In this document: in pieces, positions 40,401 to 55,973 of the stretch
Layout of the letters: the number at the start of each line of letters is the position of its first letter
How positions within the stretch are numbered: the first letter of the stretch is position 1
Assembly: GCA_001949185.1 (NCBI GenBank)
Contig: BDGG01000003.1
Span: 1,772,725-1,836,724, forward strand
Length of the DNA: 64,000 nt
Reading direction: 5' to 3'
Source of the DNA: Ramazzottius varieornatus
Lineage: Eukaryota; Animalia; Tardigrada
Position numbers and translations under genes: made by a program
Notes under the pieces: generated by a model
Seen by the model: only the letters and a program-made list of their open reading frames with translations
Told to the model about the DNA's origin: nothing
Database searches by the model: none

Positions 40401-43400
40401 GAACACCATGATTTCGCAAACCTGCGTACTCATGTACAGCAGTCAATCACGTTCATTTGGATGCGGGTGAATGGGAAAAGGACGACAGGCAGATAGCGTC
40501 AGAATGTCAGGAACCTGCGTACTTTGTTATCAGGGTACAACCTTCACTATGTGTATGCAGGTTTCCGAAGGTGGTCGCACTTTCTGCAGCTTGATCGTTC
40601 TTTGGTTTTTTTGCAGACGACGAAGTTGACATGGTTGGCAGTGACGGACAAAGCTCCTCTGGTTCCCACGGTTTGTATTGAGTATGGGTACCTTATAACG
40701 AAAGGGAACTTGGGTAAGGACGAAGAGTGGAAGGACTTTATCAACAAAGACAACAAAAAGGAGCAGGAGATGCTTGGTGATCCTGAGCTGAGGAACGTCA
40801 AGAAGGGAGACATTATCCAGCTTCAGCGACGCGGCTTCTACATCTGCGATAAGGAAGCAAAGGGTGACGAGCCCATCGTGTTGCTGTACGTTCCCGACGG
40901 GAAGGAGACGTCGACGTCAGCGGAAGCCGATCTGAAAGCCAAACAAGGTACGTCTTCAAATTCTCTTTTGTACAATCGTTTCATACGAAAGATGTGAGAT
41001 AAAGAGTAAGTTACTAATTGGGTGGGTTTGTAGAAGTGAAGAAGAGCGAGAAGGAGAAGGCTTCAAAAGAAAGCCAGCAAAAATCGTCGAAGGAGCCCAA
41101 GAAGGTTGCTTCTCAACAAAACGGAGTTCCCGAAGATGGACCTGTAAAGAAGTCCGGTGAGGAGAGAAAGAAGCGGAAGGAGGAAGTGCAGGGTGATGGG
41201 AAGAAGGCAGCTGACGGTCCGAAGCAGGTCTCTGATGGACCCAAACCGGTGGTGAATGGTGAGAAGAAGTCTGGTGACGGTGGTGGAGGTGACAAGAAAG
41301 ACAAGAAGGAGAAGCCTCAGAAAGAGAAATCTCAAAAGGAGAAGCAAGGCGACAAGAAACAGGACGGTGGAGACAAGAAGAAAGCCGGTATGTAAACAGT
41401 TCGGCCTCTTTGAAAATTTTGTTGGCATAGACAGTAAAGTATACCTGCGTACTTACACGCCTTAGATTTATTTGGACTACGGTACGTAGGTTCATGATGA
41501 ATGCTTGCATTGGTTCATTTCAGTATGAAAACTGATATCGCCGGTCTGTTTCAGTTGTGGATTGTCATTCAACATCTTGCGTTATGTTTTAGGTGAAGGT
41601 GGCGGTGGGGACAAGGGTGGTGGCAAAGGTGGCGAGAAGGGGAAGACCCGGCTGGGTATCGAGGTGAAGAAGGACGAGGACCTGTCAGAATGGTACGCTC
41701 AAGTTATCACGAAAGCTGAGATGATTGAGTACTACGACATCAGCGGTTGCTACATCCTCCGTCCCTGGGCGTATTCTATCTGGGAAGAAATACAGAAGTG
41801 GTTTGATGCGGGCATCAAGAAGATGGGCGTCCAGAACTGTTACTTTCCCATGTTCGTCTCGCAAGCGGCTTTGGAGAAGGAGAAGGACCACATCGCTGAC
41901 TTCTCGCCTGAGGTTAGTATCTTTCCGTCCATTCAGAACTCATCTGCCGAAGTTCTCGTTGTTTCTTGTGCCATTATTCAGGCTTTTTTTCAGGTGGCTT
42001 GGGTGACCAAATCAGGAAACACCGATTTAGCCGAGCCCATCGCCATTCGACCAACGAGCGAAACTGTCATGTATCCGACGTTCGCGAAATGGATCAAGTC
42101 TTACCGAGATCTTCCTTTGAAGATTAACCAGTGGTGTAATATTGTCGTAAGTATGAATTTGCTTCGGGCCTGAGCTTCATGAACGAAGTTTAGCAGGAAT
42201 GGACTGATGGACCGATGTGGCTTTTTGTAGCGGTGGGAGTTCAAGCATCCTCAGCCATTCCTTCGAACCCGTGAGTTTCTTTGGCAAGAGGGCCACACCG
42301 CCTTCGCCACACCCGAAGAAGCCAAGGAGGAAATGTACCAGATCCTCGACTTGTACGCTGGAGTGTACGAGCACCTGCTGGCGGTCCCTGTCATCAAGGG
42401 GCGGAAGACCGAGAAGGAAAAGTTCCCCGGCGGCGACATCACGACCACCATCGAAGCGTACATTGCAGGCAGTGGAAGAGCCATCCAGGTATATTCTTCC
42501 TGAAGCTTAGCCAGTTCGCGTTCTAAAACTATTCATGAATATTACGGTTGGCAACTTGCAAAATTCAAACGGTTATGAAATTCGAAATATGACGTTGAGA
42601 TGGTGGGACGTCGGTAAACGGAACTCGGCTCTCTGTCCCGTAGCTGCATACGTGTAGAGTGTAGCTCATGCAAGAGCTCGTGTATGCAGATAAAATTAAT
42701 GAGCAACCAGATTATTTCGTTCAGTGCCTTCTGGTCTTTAATAGTAAGCTTCGCACGATTTACTCCGGCTTTCACTTTGCAGGCCGCAACATCCCATCAT
42801 CTTGGGCAGAACTTCTCCAAGATGTTCCAGATCGTCTTCGAAGATCCCACAACGGGTCAACCAAAATGCGCCTATCAGAACAGCTGGGGCCTCACGACAA
42901 GAACCATCGGTGTCCTGACCATGGTGCATGGTGATGACTTAGGCCTGGTCCTTCCTCCTCGAGTGGCTTCCATCCAGGTGCTTACATGTTTAGATCTTAC
43001 GAAAAGGAAACCGGTGATTTGTACAGGTGAATGTATTTCATAGGTTATCATCGTTCCTTGCGGTATGACAGCGAGCATGAAAGAGGACGAACGAGGGCAG
43101 CTGCTCGCGAAGGCGGAAGAATACAAGCAGAAGCTGATCGAAGCTGGCATCCGCGCCGAGAAGGATGTGCGTGATAACTACTCTCCCGGCTGGAAGTTCA
43201 GCCACTGGGAAGTAAAGGGTGTGCCTGTCCGGTTGGAAGTGGGTCCGAAGGATATGGCCAGTCAGACCTTCGTGGCGGTCAGGCGAGATACCAGTGCGAA
43301 AGTCACCGGGCTGAAAGAGGCCGAAGCAGTAGGAAAGATAAAGGAGTTGTTGGATGATATCCATAACAACCTATTCAACAAGTAAGAAGCAGCTCGATTT

Positions 43401-43831
43401 GTTTCACGAATAGTCTGGATTCTAACTCCGCTTTGCAGTGCAAAGAAACAGCAGCAAGAGAATCTTGGCGTGGTCGACTCGGACTGGAAAGAGTTCTGCG
43501 ACAAGCTAGACAAGAAGATGATCTTGATGATTCCGTTCTGCGAGGAGAAGGAATGCGAGGAAGTAGTGAAGAAGGAGAGCGCACGGTTAGTTACTGTGGA
43601 TATTTTTTCCTAGTTTCCTCTGTGCGACTGAGTTTGTTTCGACGAATGAACGAGGGCTTTCTGTGCTGCAGGAACCAAGTTTCTGTGGAAGCTGGAGCTC
43701 CAGCCATGGGTGCCAAGAGTCTCTGTATTCCATTCGAGCAGCCCAAGAAGCTGGCACCAGGAACCAAGTGCCTGTCACCCGGATGCAAGAACGAGGCAAA
43801 GTCCTTCACACTGTTCGGCCGAAGCTACTGA
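37422..43831 (+). CDS. EPRS1: Bifunctional glutamyl-prolyl-tRNA synthetase (GST-like, GluRS, linker, ProRS), multi-exon
   Basis: GluRS: [41 protein letters not shown]. ProRS: [53 protein letters not shown]-terminal FGRSY. The two halves splice in phase. Confidence 0.96.
38508..38663. mobile_element. 156-bp MITE sharing TIRs with the pogo element at 20993; in an EPRS intron
   Basis: CTGTATTCTCCCGATATCTCCGCGAA ... TTCGCGAAGATATCGGCGGAATACAG, TA flanks, internal dyad GGCGCCACCTAC/GTAGGTGGCGCC. Confidence 0.9.
39226..39272. repeat. Intronic dyad element
   Basis: GAGTGGCGCATG-N23-CGTGCGCCACTT; EPRS intron. Confidence 0.85.
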
Positions 43832-44466
43832 GTCCCAACTTTTTTATTTGCTTCTTATGTTAGCTTTTTATACGCCTCTTATCTTTGCTGTTCGCGTTGC
43901 TGCTTTTGAACTGTTGCTGCTACCTGCCGTCGAACTATTTTTCCCTCATCGATGCGTTGTTCATGCGATGGTCAATTGATCACGCCAACCAGGTACCGTC
44001 AGATATGTGCTCCTGTCCATCGTTAGTTTCCACGTGAAATATCCTGCAGTAAATCTATCGACTTGGCGATCGCATTCGAGCGAACGAAAGCTCAGGGAAA
44101 CACATAACGACTCGTCGTACGGTCGTGGAAAGCCCATAGCTATTCGCGTTGATTGGAAGCTTGATTGACTTCACTTGCCTCATGTTTCTTCACTTTCCAA
44201 GTCGTATCGCGGCAAAAGCGGCGTAGCTCCCGAAGAGAGAAGACGACGTTTCGCTAAAACGCTTTATAACTCGAAAAGCATGTCGAGACACAAAGATTTC
44301 CAGTTCATTCTTTATTCATGTCCCGCATGGAGAAGGGAAATTATGAGATGGAAAGCATGACTGGCGCAGGCTTCTGAACAGCAACATCGACGATACCATC
44401 TACGCTTGTAATGTCTAGATAGTCCCGAGTTTAACTCCAGCCTGTTCAGCTCCCAGAATGATATTT

Positions 44467-44811
44467 CTAATCCAGCTGCAACAAGAGCAAAGTGCCAGAA
44501 TGATAATGTTTCCGAGCGCAGACAAAAAGGAGCATTCTTCTACGACACTCTCTTCTCACCTTCTTGAATCCGATCTGGCTGGCGTTTTCTCTGAAACACT
44601 GCCTGCAGACGTTCAGGCTGTACTTTCTTATGAGACCATGTCCATTTCCACATACCCGGCTACAAACAAATACGATGAATGAGGTTAGGAAGACAGCTGT
44701 CCAGAAAGGATGATCGGCAGAAACAGGAAAGGAACAATCAACCACTTACCATGCGCGCGATCCCGGTCCGAACTTCCTCGGATGCTGGAAATAGATGTTC
44801 TTGTGACCCAT
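44467..44811 (-). CDS. RPS29: 40S ribosomal protein S29; three exons
   Basis: [21 protein letters not shown]|[33 protein letters not shown]|LD*. Confidence 0.97.
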
Positions 44812-45535
44812 CTTGGCAGATTCGTAGAACAGAGGCTCCTTTCACCTAAATCCTTCGTCAGCTGGGGAGAAGAGGAGATTCTGCGCAGGAATGAACGAGG
44901 TAGACGCTGGAGAGTCGAGGTCTTCCTTCTGCTTTGAACGAACTACGAGTCTAAGGCCCATTCGGAAATCGGTGAGATGATTTATTTCCCGGTGATTTAT
45001 TTATTTATTTATATCGTACACCATTATGACATGACATAACGCACAACATGGCATATAAACCGACATGGTGACGTCATGGTACTGCGTGACGGACCAAGTT
45101 GAACTTGAATTTTATCGACCTCGTCCTTGAAACTGCTTCCGCCTCAAGACACCGAGAGGCTTGTGATAGCTAACTAAGCATTTACAAAGAGACTTGAGAA
45201 CCACGATCAGGATTATCGATATCATGGCCGGAAACACGCTACAACGAGCAGGATTCCTGCTGCAGGAACAACCAAGAAAATCGAAAGCTATGACTCGGGA
45301 ATCAATGCGTATTACCCACAGCCCAGCCAAGCTTCAAACAGTTCCGGGTCTTCCGCAGGATCAAATTAGAATCGAAGACAAAAAACCACTATTCACTAGC
45401 AAGTGCCAGGACCCGCTGCAAATTGAGGAATTCTCAAAACAAGAATAAATGCTAACCAGACATCAACAAGGAAGTTTATCACAGACTACAACCTTGAACG
45501 AGAAGCACAAACGATAAGCAGCCACTCTTCTACAT

Positions 45536-46308
45536 TCACCGCTTTTCCACCGCCTTAAACCGAGCTTCTGAAAAAAGACAAGATCACCGCTGAAATGAAA
45601 ACAACCAATTAAATACTGCCAGACTTTGAGGGAGCACAGTTACCAAGTTGCTTTGCATAGGTATCTAATCGGAAGATAGTCCGCTCCAGTTCATTAACCT
45701 GAGTTTCCACCAAGTCTATCCGATCCAGGAAAGGCTTTATACAGCTAACTGTAACGAAAAACATCATCTTATAGGTCGGAATTGTTTCAAGATACCACCA
45801 GTAGAGAGTAAGCACTACGAATTTAATTCATACATCGGTCGTTGGTGGTCTTGAGGGATGTCTTCGCGTTCTTCGTAGTGACGAGGAGCTGAGCATACTT
45901 TTCCGTCGACACGTTGTTCATTTCTTGAATAAGACGGTAATCTTCCGCAGTCACTACAAGAGAGATGTGGTTTGAAATATCCGAGAGTTAATGAAGCGAA
46001 GAAGTACCCAGCTGAAAAGAACCCCCCAAGACCCCTCCGCTGAGGGGGATTAACTTTTTCCCCTCAGCCATTTAGCTCTGCAAAAACCATCCCATATGCT
46101 CGTGCATTCGCCACTATTTAAAGGCACCTTCGAATTCACTCTTGAGGTATTCGGAAGTCCTTCCGAGTAGGTTTTTGTACAGTCTTTGGATTTCCTCCAT
46201 GTCGAACACCGAGTCGACCCCCTCGGATACGTCCGAGACAGCAGGTACCCGATCTGGCTCGGACGGATGACCCTCTATCTTTTCAGCTGTCTCCTGTCGT
46301 CTCTCCAT
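45536..46308 (-). CDS. BLOC1S2: BLOC-1 subunit 2; four exons
   Basis: RTSEYLKSEFE|VTAEDYRLIQEMNNVSTEKY...IKPFLDRIDLVETQVNELERTIFRLDTYAKQL|EARFK. Confidence 0.88.
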
Positions 46309-47552
46309 CTTCCTAGAATAAAATTTGATGTTATGCCATATTTTTCCTTGATGAAAAGAATCTGAGATGGTAGGGCATACCTTTCAGAATTCAGACAGTG
46401 AAGGCGGCAGTTTGGCGATGGCTTCCCGCAACACCCCCCGCTTCTCCGATCTCAGGGGAAGCTCACACGCGACGATCCTTTCGGGTACCTACGATTTATA
46501 TTTAATCAGATACTTATTGAATATATTCCTAGCAAAAGGAGGACAAAAATGACCGGAAAGTGGTCAGAAACGGCCACAAAAACATGGCGCTTTTATAATG
46601 GTGCAGTCTTCTGGTTGAGGGCTATAATCAAATCAACTGGTGCATGTGCATGAGCCTTTTGCAAGGTGTGCATGCACAGCGCGCCGACGGCCTGGCCCAG
46701 GTATAAGGTCATTTCGATGACTCAAATTAGACAGAAATTGTGGTTGGATGGCTAACGGGAAAGTCCCCAATCAGAAGCAGGCCATGATGTTACTGGCTGT
46801 TATCCTGCTGGATCGGTTTTGGCACCGCCTACCTCTCCTTGCTTTCGTATAAAAGCCACCCGCGACCATGCGGTTCATCTCCCACAGTCGCGCTCACTTT
46901 TTCAGTCTTGCTTTTCCACTTGGCGAGGAGGATTTCCAACACTGTACCTAGGTGCGCGCTGCTTTTCCGTTCAAGAAGACGTAGTGCGCATTGTGCGCAA
47001 GAAGCTGTGCATCATCCCACTGATGATTTGGAACCAGTCTCCTCTCTGAGGCTCTGTCTCATCTCTCGGGCTGATTGCGTCCTCATTTTCATTCAGACTT
47101 AACACCTGTGGTACCATCCAGGTAAACAATGAAACAAAACTTTTGAATTATCGAGGTTACGTACTTTAGGACTAGAAAGTGATTGCGAAATTGTGGACTT
47201 CCAACCGTGCAGTCGTAGAAGGCGGCCTTTTTCTGCTAAGCAGCTTTGTCTTTCGCCAGCTGAATCAGAAGTAGGTCTGTACTTAGGTGCATGGTGCTCG
47301 TAGAGATATTAACGCGCGCGGAGCCATTGCGCATCGGTCATATAGATACATCTGCTGTGTGATTTCATGTGGTTACTTGCTGCGTATGTGGGTGTCGCGG
47401 TGTGCATTTCCATTGAAACTGCGCATCATCCTGTTCAGTCCATTGATTGTGTTTGTTGATTTTACAGGTTTCATCCTGGTAGATTTCGATGGCAGTTTCG
47501 ACGCTCTTCTGATCCATCATTTTGTGGGTTTTAACTATTCTCATCTGGACGA

Positions 47553-50500
47553 ATGACAATAATGGATGTGGAGCAGCAGGCTGAAGCCGGAGCGCAGCTG
47601 GTCGACAAGATCCACGGGCCCCACACGGTCGACTCGCCACCGCCGTCTTCTGGCCAGCATCTCGACAATCTCGTCTCATCGTCAGTCTCGTCGGATAACA
47701 GCAACAGCACTCACCATGACGAAGGTGAAACCCAGCCGGAAGAACCTGTGGAGGTGGATAGCAACAAAGTGGAGAACGAGGCCGTGAAGGAAACAAGGAT
47801 AATCACTGTTGAACCACCAACTGAAGAGTTACCTGTCGCAACATCTTCGTCTTCGCCCCCACCTCTTGCTATCTCAGAAGAAATTACGGAAGAGAAACCA
47901 GAAGACACTAAGACGAAAGCTGTACAGAGTCCACAGAACTCACAAGCTGAAGTTCAACCAGAAGAAACTCAACCGGAAGAAGTCAAACAAGAAGTGAAAG
48001 CTGAACAAGTCAAGGATGAAGCGAAGAACGAAGAAGCCGTGGATGCTTCTGTTGAATTACCTGTTGTTCCTCCGCAGAACGTTGAGGAGGTTGAAAAGCC
48101 AAGTGAGCTTTGTTTGCATAAGAAAATAAGCTTTAGAAGTTGACTAGCTTTTTCTTTCTAGGAGAAGTTGCGCCGGTCGCTCTGCCTTACGTCCCATCGC
48201 CTCCACCATCAACAGAGAGCCGAGCTCCGGTCATCAACGGCATCGTTCAGCCATCTTTCATGCTTCCGCCTGGCCGAACTCCTGTCCTGACCAACCAGCT
48301 TAGGTTTCTTCAAAACAACGTCATCAAGGCTATGTGGGCCCATAAGTTCTCGGCGCCGTTTAAAGCACCCGTCGACGCTGTTCGGCTGAACTTACCGGAC
48401 TACCACACCGTCATTACGCACCCGATGGATATGGGGACCATCAAGAAACGCCTCGAGAACTTCTGGTACGGGTTTTATGTAAAGTTTGAGTAACGAGGCA
48501 AGAGTAGCGAATCGGTCATCGTCTATCTGCTCTGTACGTCACCCATGGGGAGCTAAGGGGTGGTTGAATTACGAGTCACGCCCCCTGTTAGAGGGGGTGC
48601 CCGGTTTGCGCTATTTGCCACGAATCGTGCATTCGAGCTGCAGAAAGATTTGCTCTTAGTCCTTTCAACTTGTTTTTTCATGAGGAATGTTTGGTGCTCT
48701 TCAGGTATACATCGGGGCAGCAGTGTGTTGAGGACTTTCGTCTGATGTTCAACAACTGCTACCGCTACAACCCTCCTGGCCACATCATCTACCAATGGGC
48801 CCAGGAGTTGGAAAAGAACCTGAATTCTCGCCTTTCCAGCCTTCCTACGCCTGAACTGATCGTTCCGTTCGCCACCAAAAGCAAGAGCAGCAAGAAGGCA
48901 CCAGCTCCGAAGCGAGCAGCCAACCCTGTCGTCAAGAACGAAGTCTCTTCTTCCAACGGTGAACGTTCGGCCTACAACGCACAGGTGGGAATAAACCTTG
49001 CCAATGCGAGTCAGTCCAACAAAGAAGCGCAATCTTCTCAAGCTGGTCTAAACTCTGCTGTAAGGGCTTACTTGAAATAGTGGCGTCTTTTAATGTTGGG
49101 AGCTACTCGGGAACACCCGACGAGATTGATTTCCCAAGTGGCGCACGTTCCGGCGTTGTTGGCCGAAAGCGTACGCCACTTGGAAGAACTATCTTCTGCG
49201 GTTGAGCTTCCTTACAGTTTCATAATTTTTCATTCGGAAAGTTTTCAATGTTGTAATTTACTCTCTTTAGCCCGTCTTTCTTCGTAATGCTGGTGGTCCT
49301 TCCACGAACGAACCACCCATTATGCCCCAGCCCACAGTGCAGCCGACGACGATGAAGGGCATACCAAGCACCAAGAAAGGTGTAAAGAGGAAAGCGGACA
49401 CGACCACCCCGTTAATGGAGGCACCCATCTCGTTTCGACCTTCCCTTCCGCTTACACCTCAGAGTTCCGTGGGCCAACACCACAGCAAGCGCACAATCAA
49501 GGCTCCCACACGAGACCTACCCGACGAAGTCATACCGCATAAGATCAGCAGCAAGAACAGGCCGCCGATGTCAGACGCTATGAGGTACGTCTAAACTTTT
49601 CCATCAGAACACCAGAATCCAGATGTTTATGAGCAGATGACTTGAAACCAGATTGATTCGCAAGTGACACACGCTCATGGCCATGAACACTGCAGACGTG
49701 CGCCACTTGGGAAAACGGTGTGGTTCAGTTCGTTTGCCCGCGTCTCATACTGCCCTGCTAACTTGACACTGCTTTCTTTAGGCACTGTTCGAATATCCTG
49801 AAAGAACTACTCGGTAACAAGCATTCCGCCTATGCTTGGCCCTTCCGCAAGCCGGTGGATGTAGCAGCGTTGAACTTGAGAGACTACTTTGACATTATCA
49901 AGCACCCGATGGACTTGGGGACCATCAAGGAGAAGATGGTTAACAGGGAGTACAGCACGGCCAGGGAGTTCGAACAGGACGTCAGGCTGGTCTTCACCAA
50001 CTGCTACCGATACAATCCGGCCGAGCATGACGTCGTCAAGATGGCCCGTCAACTTCAGGTACCAAATCCTCGAGCTGAAAAATAATCTGGATGGATTATT
50101 ATGGTTGGGCTTTGTGTTCTGTAGCAAGTCTTCGAATCGAAGTTCGCACAACTGCCGGAGGAGATTTACAACGCGCCAGTTCCGTCGAAACCTTCGACGA
50201 GCAAGTCGAAGAAGCGACCTCGCGGAGACGAGACGGATGCATCGTCAGGAGACGAGGAGGATGGCGAAGACAGTGGAACGGACTCCGACGAGTCTGATGA
50301 TGGGAAGACTGCCAATTTACTGGCTCTACAACAACAACTGGCCAAAGTAACTACTGAAGTATCTGTGAAAATTTTTTGCGTGTTTCTAGAATTCAATCCA
50401 AAATCTTTAAATGGAAACTCGGCAAACACGCTTAACAAAATTATTTTCCCAAGTGGCGCACGTTTCCGGTGCTATCATCTGAAAATGTGCGCCACTTGGA

Positions 50501-51762
50501 ACAACGATCTTAGCGAGTGCGCCCAGGTCCCAGATGTTTTTGGACTGGTTTGCCAACTTCGCTTGGATTGGTTGTAGGTTCAAGAGCAAATTAAGGTATT
50601 GGCAGAGCACAAACCAAAGAAAAAGAAGAAGAAAGTGCCCGAAGGCGAGCGAACATCCAGTACGCCGAAGCACGGTGGCGGTGGGCAGAAGAGAGGACAT
50701 TCCAGTAAGGTGGCGGGTCCTCATTCACCAGCCACCTCGGCTTCGGTCTCTCCGCCGAAAAAGAAACAGAAGACCGGCGGTACCGCTGGTGGCAAGGACA
50801 ACGCAGCGTACAACAAGCCGCCGACGACCAAAGCCAAAAGTGGAACTTCCACCAACAGTAAAAAGTAAGCTGGAATCTTCATCGTGAAATATTTCTGATC
50901 GTTTGTTCTTAAAGTTGCTGTTTTCTTTTAGGGCCTCTTCGAAGTCGAAACCAAAGACTCCCCAAACCAACGGTGGCTTCGCTCAGCCTCCCACTTCGAC
51001 GGCTGTCTACGATAGCGATGCGGAAGACAACGAGCCACCACCGATGTCGTACGACGAGACGAGAAAGCTCAGCTTGGATATCAACCGTCTTCCTCCGGAG
51101 AAGTTGGGCCGCGTCGTTACCATCATTCAAACGTAAGACATTGAACGACGATCAAAACTCGAAAGGGTTTGCGAGACAGATCGTTTTTCTAAGTGGCGCA
51201 AGCCTTTCGCCAGTACCACCGGAGACGCGATTCACTTGAAAAAACCATCTGATCGAATCTGTTTGCCGAGTTCTTAACTTACCTCACGACAGCATTTGGA
51301 GGTTCTCCCCCGACGACATTTTTGCGAGTTATTCAGATTTGTTCTTGGTTTTGATAATATTAATATGTGCGCTTCTTTTGCAGGAGAGAACCGGGTCTGA
51401 AAGACACCAATCCCGACGAGATCGAGATTGACTTTGCCACGTTAAAGTCAGCCACACTGCACGAACTACGCACGTACGTCAACTCGATTCTCCATCGTCG
51501 TGGACGACCTCCCGGCAGTGGGGCTTCGAAGCCCAAAAAGACGTTGCAGTCGGGCGAGAAGAAGGCACCCGGCAAGAAGCCAGGTCCCAAGAAGGGGGCT
51601 AAAGCTGCCGCCGCGGCGGCGGCTGCAGCAGCTGGAGGTGGGACAGCTTCTAGCGGAGGTCTGAAGAAGGTGCCGGGAGCTGAGAGCGGCCACTTGAGTG
51701 ACAGCTCGTCCTCGTCGGGCTCGTCGTCATCTGGCAGCTCTTCGGATAGCGATAGTGATTAA
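47553..51762 (+). CDS. BRD2/3/4: BET-family double bromodomain protein (short form: BD1, BD2, ET, Ser-rich tail)
   Basis: TNQLRFLQ...[45 protein letters not shown]...NCYRYNP, ET domain [25 protein letters not shown]...[10 protein letters not shown], tail [13 protein letters not shown]. Confidence 0.95.
49136..49181. repeat. Intronic dyad element
   Basis: TTCCCAAGTGGCGCACG-N22-CGTACGCCACTTGGAA; BET intron. Confidence 0.88.
49662..49708. repeat. Intronic dyad element
   Basis: AAGTGACACACG-N23-CGTGCGCCACTT; BET intron. Confidence 0.85.
50451..50497. repeat. Intronic dyad element
   Basis: AAGTGGCGCACG-N23-TGTGCGCCACTT; BET intron. Confidence 0.88.
51191..51237. repeat. Intronic dyad element
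   Basis: AAGTGGCGCAAG-N23-CGCGATTCACTT with outer arms CAGATCGTTTTT / AAAAACCATCTG; BET intron. Confidence 0.78.
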
Positions 51763-52249
51763 GGCCGGCAATTTTCTCTTCTTTTTCTCTTCTCTTATTC
51801 AATGTGCCGATGGCAACGACGACTAGCGTTTGTGTAGTTGAAACTGTACATTTTGTTCGACTTTGACTTCTGAGTGACGGACGATGTGTGCGGAGACAGC
51901 TTCGAGGAAGCCGTGTCGAATACGGAATGATGGCTAAACCATTTTTGATCGAAGAATGAATTTCTTGTGTTCGAATGAAAGGAAAATGGATGAGTGGCGA
52001 ACAAGCTGAGAAAAAGTTTTGTTCTTGATTTTGAGTTCCTTTGGTCTCTTTTGTTTTTTGTTTGACGGAAAATGCGGAAATAAACCGAACGAGAAAACTG
52101 CTGGCTTCGTTCCACACCCGGATGACTGCTGCCCGCAGTCGTTTAATGAAGATAATCGAACAAAAAAGAATAGAGTTTTCGAGAAGCCTCTGGAGTGAAC
52201 ACTACGCAAAGAAGCAATTCGTACAAAGCGAAACTTCCGGACGCTGCGT

Positions 52250-54194
<1,945 letters not shown>

Positions 54195-55973
54195 TCTTGT
54201 ATCTATACAACAACACACCGTCGTTAACGCATCGCAGCTTCAGCACCAAAGAAACACGAGAGGAAGACAGCGAAGTAAGAGAAAGGACGTGAACGAAATT
54301 CAGTCATCACATCGTTTCTCCTCGTGGACCGTAAACAAGAATCGTAGTAAAGCTTCTTGTATTCAAACGCCACGCTCACGTCGACTTACCAGTTACTGTG
54401 CAACCTCAGTGAAGAATGAGTCCTCCCGACGCAAGTTTCCCTTGGAGAATGTAGGAGCAATAGAAGGCAAAACCAGAGTGATACACGTGCCGAAGCTGTT
54501 TGCCGTGCCAGGCTTTATAGCATTGAATAGCATGGCACAATCACGCGGAGAGTTGGGTTTGGCAGGCTATGGGGTTCTTTTACCAGTGGGAAAAGCAGCA
54601 AGTTTGTTCTGGCTAGTGTTCAGCATTGCTCTCAGTGAACTGACGCAGCTTTGACTTTTCTTCCCACTCTGTCAAGCAACTTTCTGCCGGATCCGTTGTT
54701 CCGTTTAAATGTTAGATTTTGAGGGCTACCCTTTTGCTCAAAGGAAAAAACATGTGCGGCCACTGCGAGCCGGTAGAATAATTAATACAGTAGTAAAGTT
54801 AATTGCGTGTTACAAACTGTACTCGAATAACACTTAAGACCACGATCCTACACACACTGTCTGATGTGGCATACTTCCACCAAACCAATCAGACATCTAT
54901 TCGGACAGGTTTCCTTTTCAATCTTGTCATTTTCACACATGCAAGTGCTGTTACCCACCGATGCTGCTTACGACGTCACAGATCACGTGTGCAATATACG
55001 CGACTACAGCACGTGACCTAGAAGTCACCTTTAGCTCTATTTGGGCGGAGTTACATTATCCAATCCCAGTGGAGAACTTCTACGTCATCCAACTCTCCTC
55101 GTGATTGTCTATCAGAATTTTGGTACATTTTGCACGTGTATCACTCTGGCAAAACTGTTTCCTGAAACGATTAAACGAAAATAAATCGCACGGTGACGTC
55201 ACGCCTCTTGAAAGTGTCCAGTCATTTTTTGATTGCTTCAAATGACAGGCCCTTAGACTGCCACAGTGTTGCCGCTGTAGCCTTAGAACCATTTCTTCGA
55301 TTTTGGATTTATCGATCTTATCGATCCGGGATCCTCGTCCTCAGTATGGGTTGTGTTATGGCTCAGAACGTGTTCAACAAGGTTCCCTCTCCCTATTTTC
55401 CGAAGCAGCAGGAAACAGAGTACTTCAATGGCTTGATGAGGGGCAAACTCTGGTTTCTCACGCGAAAGCTAGAAGTTCTCTGACAGTTCGACCGACCTTC
55501 CTTGTCGAAGCCGTCCGAATTTGAACGGCGATGCACAGTTTTCAAGTCTTGCTTCAGGGTGCATGGGTATAATATTACGCTGTGTTTAAAACATAAACAA
55601 CAGTAAAATTTTTCAAACGTTAACATGCGGTTAATCGAAGCGTAACCACCAACAAAACAGCGCCAAACAGAGGAAGAGGAAACCATTCAAAAACAAAACT
55701 CAAAAACATCTTCTTGCAATGTCAAATAAAAAACGCAACATTATGATCCTTTCTCCTTCTCAGTACTAAATAATAATAACACTACAAAATGCAGGACTCT
55801 TTTGCCACCGCGGCGTCCACTTGTCACGTCGTGCGTTCCCTGTCAGCAGCGCAGAACGTCTTCTGAGTATCTTTGGAAAGGCATCGGAGAATAGGAGTTG
55901 AGCAGTTACGTTACCAACAATGACAGCTCGCCAGTGTCCAGCACGATACTGGTTACTCTCCCTACGAACCTTG

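Noticed and set aside
41494-41535. ATGATGA...CTGA as an intronic box C/D snoRNA in EPRS
   Set aside because: Only ~42 nt, with no terminal stem or recognisable rRNA guide.
49093-49287. 64-aa ORF in the supplied track
   Set aside because: Intronic and overlaps a dyad element. The listed peptide actually reads from the plus strand although labelled minus; treated as non-coding.
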